This document shows, in pieces, positions 7,270 to 14,398 of a stretch of DNA of 27,563 bases. Where the stretch lies: NCBI GenBank assembly GCA_044222475.1, contig JBGANF010000106.1:1-27563 (forward strand), read 5' to 3'. The notes beneath the pieces were generated by a model. That model saw only the letters and a program-made list of their open reading frames with translations, did not search any database and had not been told where the DNA came from. The position numbers and the translations under genes are program-made. This DNA is from Polyangiaceae bacterium. Its GTDB lineage: Bacteria > Myxococcota_A > Polyangia > Polyangiales > Polyangiaceae. The number at the start of each line of letters is the position of its first letter. Position 1 is the stretch's first letter.

Positions 7270-9045
7270 ATGCTAATCGTCGCCGCAACGGGCCGTCCGG
7301 CCCGCGCGGACCTGGTCTCGCTGCCGACCGTCTTCCTCTTCGTCGACGGCGACGACGACGACGTGGACGGCGTCGCTGACGGCCAAGAGACGAAGCCGGA
7401 CGAGCGCGCTCTCACCGACTCGTTCGCGCTCGACTCGAGCTGGGAGGGCGCGCTCGTGACGGCGTCGGGCGCCGGCAAGCTGCGCTTCGTCAGCGCCGCG
7501 GGTCCAGTGGCGCCCGGAGCGCGATTGCCGCCGAAGACGCGACTCCAAGGCCTCGAGATCGGCGTCGTCACGCTCGACGGCACGTCGAAGAGCGGCAAGC
7601 CGCTCCACCTCATGGTCGAGATCCTCGGCGCGGCGGCGCGCGATCTCCGCGGAGCGAACATCGACTTCACGACGAGCCACGCGTCGCTCGTGCGCACGCC
7701 TCCGGTGGCGACGCCGGATCCCGCGCACCCCGATCCCGACGAGATGGAGATCGTGGTCTCGACGAAGAGCTCCAGCCCCGACGTCGACGTCGAGTCGTAC
7801 GGGGCGTCGGGGGTCAAGCTCGACGGGCTCACGCACGTCGCGATGCGGTCCGAGCCATGCAAGTCGATCGCCGGGGCGCGGTGCTTCATCAGCGCACCGT
7901 TGCGCCTCGTCATCGACGACGTCGATCGATCGCACCCACTGGCGCGCGGGCGTGCGCTCCGCGCCGAGGTCGGCGGAGCGCTCGTCGTTCGGGCCGGCGG
8001 GCGCAAGCAGGCGCTCCGCGTGAAGGGACCACGAGCCAGCGCGCTCGGCCCGCTCGGGCGCTACCGGGCGAAGATTCGGCCGATCGTGTTTCGGTTGAGC
8101 CCTGGTGGCGCGCCGGCTGTCGGCGGCAACGACGCGGGGGCGGTGCAGATGCTCCGCGGCGAGCTCGCGGTGTCGTCGTCGATCTGGGGACAGTGCGGGA
8201 TCAGCTTCGGCGACGTCGCCCACCTCGACGTGACGATCGCCGATCCGCCGCCGCCCTACTTGCTCGCCTTCGGCGACGACGTCGGCCTACCGGCGTCGAG
8301 CGGGATGATCACCCTCCGCGTCGACGGCAAGGTCGTCTCGTTTCCGTCGGCCGCGCGCGCGACCCCGGACGACGTGGCGACGGTCGCAGCGCGGGCGATC
8401 GAGAAGCTCGGCTTCGCCGTGACGATCTCGCCGAACTATCGGATCTCGCCGGGCGCATTTCCGAGCGTGGATCTCCTCGTGCGCCGGAAGGATGGCCACT
8501 TCGCTGCGATCGATCTCGCGCCGGGGACGGCGCTCTCGACCGACCCGACGCTCAGCGTGCGCATCGGAACGGTGGACCTCTCCGACGGGCTGCAACACTT
8601 CGGCGACATGGACTCGATGTCCGGCACGCTCGAGGAGCGGACGCTGGCGAAGTCCATCGAAGACGGCGACTCGTCGACGGTCGAGGTCATGGTGGTCCCG
8701 TTCTTCGCCGGCACCGGGCGCATCGGCGAGTCGTTCATCGCGTCGGAGTCGCCGGCGATGCGCAACATGCTGTTCTTGGACCGCGCCGGGATCCGGGCGC
8801 GGCGTTCGAGCTTCACGGTCGCGCACGAGCTCGGGCACGTGCTCCTCGACGTGCCGGGTCATCCCGACGACTACGACATCGACACGCCGACGCTGCTGAT
8901 GGACTCGGACGCGTCGGATGCGTCGGCCTTCGGTCCGAGGAGAGTCCCGCTCGACGAGTGCGAGCGCGTGCTGCGCGAGGCCGGTCCGACGTCGCGCATC
9001 CCGGTGATCCTGCCGTGGCCGCTGACTCCTCTCGCGATTCGCTGA
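7270..9045 (+). CDS. Putative secreted zinc metallopeptidase (metzincin-like), ~591 aa
   Basis: TVAHELGHVLLDVPGH (8824-8862) followed by an LLM Met-turn-like motif, with an AxA-type signal-like N-terminus. The start codon is uncertain. Confidence 0.7.
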   Translation: MLIVAATGRPARADLVSLPTVFLFVDGDDDDVDGVADGQETKPDERALTDSFALDSSWEGALVTASGAGKLRFVSAAGPVAPGARLPPKTRLQGLEIGVVTLDGTSKSGKPLHLMVEILGAAARDLRGANIDFTTSHASLVRTPPVATPDPAHPDPDEMEIVVSTKSSSPDVDVESYGASGVKLDGLTHVAMRSEPCKSIAGARCFISAPLRLVIDDVDRSHPLARGRALRAEVGGALVVRAGGRKQALRVKGPRASALGPLGRYRAKIRPIVFRLSPGGAPAVGGNDAGAVQMLRGELAVSSSIWGQCGISFGDVAHLDVTIADPPPPYLLAFGDDVGLPASSGMITLRVDGKVVSFPSAARATPDDVATVAARAIEKLGFAVTISPNYRISPGAFPSVDLLVRRKDGHFAAIDLAPGTALSTDPTLSVRIGTVDLSDGLQHFGDMDSMSGTLEERTLAKSIEDGDSSTVEVMVVPFFAGTGRIGESFIASESPAMRNMLFLDRAGIRARRSSFTVAHELGHVLLDVPGHPDDYDIDTPTLLMDSDASDASAFGPRRVPLDECERVLREAGPTSRIPVILPWPLTPLAIR

Positions 9046-9053
9046 GTCCAGGG

Positions 9054-9256
9054 CGTCATCGGCTGAAGGAGAGTCCCCGTCAGTGTGTGGTGGTGAGGGG
9101 TGCACGATGCCCTTTGAAAGGTGCACGGTACGGGGCATGAGGTGTGATTGGGTTGCGCGTGCCCATCGCGCGTTCAGGCTGCCCAGTAGATTACGGCCCC
9201 CCGGACAGCGACCGGGGCCCCACACTCGCCCGAGGACCCTCCTTCAGCCGACGACG
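9054..9256 (-). ncRNA. Candidate structured RNA (ncRNA or 3' element) linked to the DIP1984-family gene
   Basis: Arms 9231-9256 and 9054-9079 pair at 26/26 positions on the minus strand (3 G-U). Also a second helix (9221-9226 with 9082-9087), hairpins at 9195-9219 and 9155-9171, and a 7-nt periodic tract at 9089-9144. Confidence 0.75.
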
Positions 9257-9702
9257 TCGATCTTCCAGTTCGTTTGTTGAATCTGCCCGTTGAGCTCGCG
9301 GATCTTCTTCGCGAGGTCCTCGACCTGCTTCTGCAGCTTCGGGACCTTCAGCGTCGCGACCCACTTGATCTCGCGCACGCCGTACCGGTCGGGCTCTTTG
9401 GTGCATCCTGCAATCGATGCGACGAGGAGCGCGTGCTGTTGCACGAGCAGATCGCGGCGCGCGATCGCAGTCGTGAGGGTGCGTCCGTCGGGCAGCTTCG
9501 CCTTCAGGTTCGTTTCGTTGATGCGGATGACGAGCGCTTCGAGCTCGCCCATCGTCGCGATGGCCTGTTCGAGGAGAGCGTTCGGATCTTCATGGGGCTT
9601 GTCTCCCTCTTGAACGACCGCGTTGGCGACGATGCGCTCGCGGAGCGACGCGATCTTCTTCTGTTGATCGGCGCGGAGAAGGAGCGCTTCGGCGAGCTTC
9701 AT
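9244..9702 (-). CDS. DIP1984-family coiled-coil protein (sometimes annotated septicolysin-like), 152 aa
   Basis: Family signature MKLAEALLLRAD...NAVVQEGDKP.EDP..LL, INETN, RRD, R(Y)...EIK and C-terminal IQQTNW. Confidence 0.85.
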   Translation of the reverse strand: MKLAEALLLRADQQKKIASLRERIVANAVVQEGDKPHEDPNALLEQAIATMGELEALVIRINETNLKAKLPDGRTLTTAIARRDLLVQQHALLVASIAGCTKEPDRYGVREIKWVATLKVPKLQKQVEDLAKKIRELNGQIQQTNWKIDVVG

Positions 9703-9709
9703 GACGGGA

Positions 9710-9715
9710 AGCGTA
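9710..9715 (-). promoter_or_regulatory. Putative -10 box TACGCT for a leaderless DIP1984 transcript
   Basis: TACGCT lies 7 nt upstream of ATG 9702, with no Shine-Dalgarno sequence. Confidence 0.5.
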
Positions 9716-9744
9716 CTTCAGATCTCGTTGCGCCGCCGACCGTG

Positions 9745-9866
9745 GAGAAAGGAACGCCAGGGCGCCAGGCGCGCCAGGGAACGACTCGGTTTGGAGAGAG
9801 GGTCGACCCCCGCTTCCTTCATGAGGCTCTGCCCCTGGCGCTCCTGGCGTCCTGGCGGTTTCCTCT
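9745..9866. repeat. REP-like inverted-repeat element (CGCCAGG)3 ... (CCTGGCG)3, copy 1
   Basis: CGCCAGG at 9755, 9763, 9772 and CCTGGCG at 9834, 9843, 9851, with purine-rich and pyrimidine-rich outer flanks. Intergenic. Confidence 0.8.
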
Positions 9867-11813
9867 TCAGGGGACAAAGAGCTCTTTGAGCTCCGTACCG
9901 CCCGCATACGCGTAGCTCACGAACGAGTCGAACCCGTAGACCACGACCCCAATGGGGCGATCCGACTGCAGCCGGTGCACGCCGTCGCTCTGCTTCCCTG
10001 GGATGACGTTGTCCGGCGGTGACTTCTCGGGGAAGACCACCGGGAACGACAGCTGACAGCGGTACGCGAGGTTCGCCGGCTTCTTCCCGCCACGCTCTTT
10101 CTCGGTCTTGCCGTCGGCCGCGGCGATGTCGCAGCGCGACGCGTCCAGCAAGAGCCCATCCATGAAGACGCTCGCGCCGAACGGCACCGACAGCACGAGG
10201 AAGTCGAACGCGTACTTGTCCGGCGTGAGGAGCACGTAGTCCGAGCGGTACTGCTCGACCGGCGCGACGTAGGTCGTGCTGGGATCGCCGCCGGGCAGCC
10301 CGCGCGCGACGCCCGCCGCTTCCTGGCTCGCCTGCACGTCGACAACGATCGCCGGCTGCGACGCGACGAGCTCGAAGTCGGTGCGGGAGACGAGGGTGCG
10401 CACCGCGCCGACGCCGACGAGATCGAACTCGTCGTCGGGAGAGGGCAGGGTGGTCTTCACGTGCGTCGTGCCGGGCGTCGCCGCGACGACGCGGAAGTAC
10501 TCCGGCTCGTCGACGACGCTCAGCTTGCCGCCCGCCATGGCGATCGCCTTCGTGCGGCTCGGCATGTGGGCGAGCACGTAGCTCTTGCCCACCGCGCGCA
10601 CCGGGGGGAGCTGCTCTTCGAGGTGATCGGCGCAGCACAGCCGCTCCGACAGCGCATCGAAGAACGGCGCGTCCGAGGCTTCGCTCCCGGGGAAGACCAT
10701 CACCGGTCCGTCGGCGGTGACGATCGTCCCGGTGAAGTCGCCGTTGAACTCGGTCGTCTCGAGGTTCAGCACGTCGAACGCGTCGAGCGTCATCTCGACC
10801 TTGCCGCCCTTCAGCGCGCCCGTCGGGAGCGGCCCTCCCGCGAGGATGCGCGCCGTCGTGTCGACCGTGACGTGCGTGCCGGCCTTGGTGCCGACGATCG
10901 CGAGGAAGGCGCGCAGATCGATCCCGAAGTTCTGCGACGGGATCTGACTCGTGGCGATGGTCTGCGGCCAGCTCGCGACGACGTAGCGGCTCGTGCCGCC
11001 CACCGCCGACGTGGGGAGAAGTTGCGACGCGTCGTTCGAGAACACGTTGACGTTCTCGAGCGGGTTGAACTGGTAGGCGACGATCGGCATCGACGCGCGC
11101 ACCCGAAACGCGTGCCGGGTGAGCGCGGTCCCGCTGCCGGTGTCGAAGAACCCGTCGGGCGAGCCGTCGACCTCGCGCGGGCCGAGCTTGAACACCTCGA
11201 GGTTGTTCGGCGTGACGGTGGCTTTCCCCACGGTGCGGAGCTGCGGCGGCTTTCCGGGCTCGGCGTCGTCCACGTCGATGACGACCTTCGTCTCGACGTC
11301 GGGCTGGGCGTTCGAGACGACGATCGCGAACTGCTGCGCCGCGGCGTTGCCCTGCGCGTTGACGACCGCGTTGTCGAGGTCGACCGCCCAGTACTCGCAG
11401 CCGACGTTGGAGCTCGCGAGCTCGGCTTCCTTGCAGAGGTTCTTGCAGGCGCCGGAGCGGCACGCGAACCCTTGGGTCGGATCACAGGAGGCGCTGTCGT
11501 CGTAGCCCGAGCCGTCGCTCTTGCAGAGGCCAGGGACCTGGCCGACGCAGCGCCCGGACCCGGGCTCGCACGTCGCGCACCGCAAGAGGGCGCTCGAGCA
11601 GATCTGACCCTTCGCGACGCAGTCGTCGGTGACGTCGAAGGTTCGCCCGTCGGCGTTGCACACCGAGAGCTTGCCCTGGAGGCACGCCACCTTGCCGGGG
11701 GTGCACGTCGGCTTTTCGTCTTGCGGGATGTCGCGGTACGCGGGCTCGAAGCACGAGACGCCGACGATCGCGAGCGCTGCGGATGCGCCGAGCCAGCCCC
11801 TAGTACGCGCCAT
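9867..11813 (-). CDS. IgGFc-binding-protein N-terminal domain lipoprotein with Cys-rich N-terminal repeats, 648 aa
   Basis: Lipobox GVSC, SNVGCEYWAVDLDN, AYQFNPL..FSNDASQLLP, CCADHLEEQL, GDPS..YVAPVEQYR and YGFDSFVSYAYAGG. Start reassigned to ATG 11813. Confidence 0.85.
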   Translation of the reverse strand: MARTRGWLGASAALAIVGVSCFEPAYRDIPQDEKPTCTPGKVACLQGKLSVCNADGRTFDVTDDCVAKGQICSSALLRCATCEPGSGRCVGQVPGLCKSDGSGYDDSASCDPTQGFACRSGACKNLCKEAELASSNVGCEYWAVDLDNAVVNAQGNAAAQQFAIVVSNAQPDVETKVVIDVDDAEPGKPPQLRTVGKATVTPNNLEVFKLGPREVDGSPDGFFDTGSGTALTRHAFRVRASMPIVAYQFNPLENVNVFSNDASQLLPTSAVGGTSRYVVASWPQTIATSQIPSQNFGIDLRAFLAIVGTKAGTHVTVDTTARILAGGPLPTGALKGGKVEMTLDAFDVLNLETTEFNGDFTGTIVTADGPVMVFPGSEASDAPFFDALSERLCCADHLEEQLPPVRAVGKSYVLAHMPSRTKAIAMAGGKLSVVDEPEYFRVVAATPGTTHVKTTLPSPDDEFDLVGVGAVRTLVSRTDFELVASQPAIVVDVQASQEAAGVARGLPGGDPSTTYVAPVEQYRSDYVLLTPDKYAFDFLVLSVPFGASVFMDGLLLDASRCDIAAADGKTEKERGGKKPANLAYRCQLSFPVVFPEKSPPDNVIPGKQSDGVHRLQSDRPIGVVVYGFDSFVSYAYAGGTELKELFVP

Positions 11814-13848
11814 TTTTGGCTTCGATCGCGTAGGCGTCCCACGCCTGCGAGCCGAGCTGTCCGTAGCGGAGCTTCGCGTAGCTGAAGTTCGCCATGCGTG
11901 CAGCATACACATAAGTCCGGATGGCCCCGTGGATGAGGCCGAACTTCGAGCCGTACGACGGGAGGTTTGGGAGCGGGAAATTCGCGGTGCCCGGCGAGAC
12001 GATGATCCAGCTGACGAGCCCGCCGCCCGAGCTCACGTAGGTCTCCACGAGGTCGACGTTCGCGAGCGCGTCGATCTGCACCGAAGTGCCGTCCCAGAGG
12101 AGCGTGCCGGGTTTCACCGGCTTGGGGATCGGCACGAAGCCGGTGAGCGAGACGATCCCGTTCCCGTCGTTCGATCGCACGCGGGCCACGACGGAGGCGG
12201 GCGGTTGCATGTACTGCCCCGTCGCCGCGTTGCCGGTGAGGACGTAGCTCTCGCCGGTGAGCGAGCCGTTGAGCGCAGGGACGCCGACGAAGGCGCTCGG
12301 CGCGGACATCGGGAGGAACGACGTGCGCTTCGGCGAGGGGAGGATGGCGTAGGTGTTCGGGCCGATGCCCACCGCGAAGCTCGTGTCGATGCGATCGGGG
12401 CCGGGCGATCCGATCGGCGGCGTCGCCGTGACGGACACCTGATGATCGAGGAGCGCGTTCATCGGGATGTCGACCTGAGTCGTCACCGTCTTCGGCGCGA
12501 TCGGTACACCTCGGACGACGCCCATGGCGAACGCGGTGAACTTCGGCGGGTTGGTCGCGCTGTCCTCGATGCCGGCGAGCGCGTAGAGGTTCACCGTTCC
12601 GGGATACCCGGTGAACGAGTAGGTGTACCCGCGGACGCCGGCGTTACCCAGGGTGGTCGCGGTCTTCGGATCGGGCAGGTAGAACTGGTCGAGCGCGCTC
12701 CCGCTCGCCTGGAAGACGTAGGCCGCCTTGCGCTCGGTCGACCGCACGGGATCGGGCACGCCCGGCCACCCGTTCGGGGTCTGGAACTCGCCGCCGGTGT
12801 TCCACACGAGCTCGCCCTGGACCAACCCGACGTCCTTCGGTTGCCCGGTGCCGCTCGGAGGGTCTCCGTCGGCGCACGACAGATCCATGATCGGGTTCAG
12901 GTAGAACGTGACGGTGTCGACCGGGACGTCGACGAACGTCGTCGGCGAGTGGCACTTCTCGACCGCGGTGACGGTGACGGTGCCCTTGTAGCTCGGCGAC
13001 GAGAGGCTCGCGACGCCGACACCGTTGGTGAGCGCCGTCTGGCCGTTCGATCCGGTGCCGATGATCACCGTCGCGCCGGGGATGGCGTCGCCGGAGTAGC
13101 TGTCGAGGACGATGCCCTTGATGGTGCCGTTGAGGACTCCGCCGGAGAGGCCGCCGCGGAAGCCGTCCGTCGAGTCGCTGTAGGTGTACGCGTCGCGGGC
13201 AGTCACGTCGGTCGTGTCGGGGTAGGTGACCTTCACGTCCTTCGAGCCGGGGGAGCCCGCCGGGGTGGTGCACTCGAGCTCGGTCACGCTGGTGATCGCG
13301 ACGTCGGTGCACTGCGAGCCGTCGATCGTGACGGTGGTGCCGGTCGCGAAGTTGGTGCCGCTGCCGCGGATCGCGATGCGCGTTCCGCCCGAGGTGGCGC
13401 CCGAGCGGGGGAGGACGTCGAGCGCGTCGTAGGTGAACCCGTTCTTCAGCGTGCGCTCGAGGAGCGTGCCTTCGTCGCGGATGGTCACGTCGACCGCGCC
13501 GGCCGGGTGGGCCGGCGTGGTGAGCGCGGCGCGCGTGGGATCGCTGGCGAACAAGTCCGACGCGGGTACGTCGACGCCGCCGATCTTCACGTGGAGCGTG
13601 GAGCGGAAGCCGCGGCCGTTGAGCGTCGTGCGGGTGCCGCCGAGGAACGAGCCGTGCGAGGGCGCGAGGCCGTAGAGCGCGAACGGATCGCCGAGGTCGA
13701 CATCGAGCGCGAACGGGCCGCCGTCCCCGGCGAGGTTGGTGCCGCCGGAGTCCGCCTGATCGGGCTCGCGGTGCTGCGGCCCCGGACCCCAGCACGCAGC
13801 CGCGAATGCGACTCCGATCAGAGCAAACACCGGTCCCCAGGCGCGCAT
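11800..13848 (-). CDS. IPT/TIG-domain lipoprotein with a carboxypeptidase-regulatory-like domain, 682 aa
   Basis: Lipobox AAAC, two IPT/TIG repeats (PSHGSFLGGT...GFTY; PRSGATSGGT...AYTY) and DSYSGDAIPGATV. Overlaps the next gene by 14 nt, consistent with an operon. Start reassigned to ATG 13848. Confidence 0.85.
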   Translation of the reverse strand: MRAWGPVFALIGVAFAAACWGPGPQHREPDQADSGGTNLAGDGGPFALDVDLGDPFALYGLAPSHGSFLGGTRTTLNGRGFRSTLHVKIGGVDVPASDLFASDPTRAALTTPAHPAGAVDVTIRDEGTLLERTLKNGFTYDALDVLPRSGATSGGTRIAIRGSGTNFATGTTVTIDGSQCTDVAITSVTELECTTPAGSPGSKDVKVTYPDTTDVTARDAYTYSDSTDGFRGGLSGGVLNGTIKGIVLDSYSGDAIPGATVIIGTGSNGQTALTNGVGVASLSSPSYKGTVTVTAVEKCHSPTTFVDVPVDTVTFYLNPIMDLSCADGDPPSGTGQPKDVGLVQGELVWNTGGEFQTPNGWPGVPDPVRSTERKAAYVFQASGSALDQFYLPDPKTATTLGNAGVRGYTYSFTGYPGTVNLYALAGIEDSATNPPKFTAFAMGVVRGVPIAPKTVTTQVDIPMNALLDHQVSVTATPPIGSPGPDRIDTSFAVGIGPNTYAILPSPKRTSFLPMSAPSAFVGVPALNGSLTGESYVLTGNAATGQYMQPPASVVARVRSNDGNGIVSLTGFVPIPKPVKPGTLLWDGTSVQIDALANVDLVETYVSSGGGLVSWIIVSPGTANFPLPNLPSYGSKFGLIHGAIRTYVYAARMANFSYAKLRYGQLGSQAWDAYAIEAKNGAY

Positions 13849-13875
13849 GGCGAAAGCGTAGCGTAGAATGCCCCG
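13849..13875. promoter_or_regulatory. Compact divergent leaderless promoters
   Basis: Minus strand: TACGCT (13855-13860) 6 nt before ATG 13848. Plus strand: TAGAAT (13864-13869) 6 nt before GTG 13876. Confidence 0.55.
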
Positions 13876-14259
13876 GTGCGCTGGGCGTTCGTCATCTCGG
13901 TCGTGGTGCTCGCCGGCTGCGGTTCCGAGCCTGATCCCGCCGCGCCGCCGCCGGTCGACCCGAAGGTCGCCTGCGAGACCCGCGCGACCTGGTCCACGTC
14001 GGTCGACTGCGTCGCGTGCCAGTCCTACGCCGCGCAGCCGCCCTGCACCTGCGACCCCAGCACCCAAGCGGGGACCTGCTACGAGGCGAACGTCGGCAAG
14101 ACGAACGCCTGCGCGCAATCGGTGATCGACTGCGTGAAGGGCTGCAAGTCGGACTGCACCTGCGTGGACGCCTGTTACCAGGGCGCGGCACCGTGCCGGT
14201 CCAGCACCGCGACCTTCGAAGGTTGCATTCTGCAAACCTGCGCCGCCCGCTGCAAGTGA
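13876..14259 (+). CDS. Small Cys-rich lipoprotein, 127 aa
   Basis: MRWAFVISVVVLAGC lipobox and a helical CxxxC-rich domain. Confidence 0.8.
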   Translation: MRWAFVISVVVLAGCGSEPDPAAPPPVDPKVACETRATWSTSVDCVACQSYAAQPPCTCDPSTQAGTCYEANVGKTNACAQSVIDCVKGCKSDCTCVDACYQGAAPCRSSTATFEGCILQTCAARCK

Positions 14260-14374
14260 GAGAAGAAGAACCGCCAGGTTCGCCACGGTCGCCAGGAGAA
14301 GAGGGTGGGCTCTCGGCGCCAGCCCACTCACTTGGCGTGCCTGGCGTTCCCTTCCTTCCCTGGCGTTTCTCTTC
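14260..14374. repeat. REP-like inverted-repeat element (CGCCAGG)3 ... (CYTGGCG)3, copy 2
   Basis: CGCCAGG 14272, CGCCACG 14281, CGCCAGG 14290; inner hairpin GTGGGCT/AGCCCAC (14305-14327); CTTGGCG 14331, CCTGGCG 14340 and 14359. Lies between convergent genes. Confidence 0.75.
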
Positions 14375-14398
14375 GAGAGAGTCGCGCCGGTACCGATC

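Noticed and set aside
9054..9256. Retron msr-msd, 6S RNA or simple terminator as the identity of the structured RNA
   Set aside because: No reverse transcriptase is nearby and there is no long msd hairpin. The multibranched interior with periodic repeats does not fit the 6S rod and bubble. It is too long for a terminator and lacks a U-tract.
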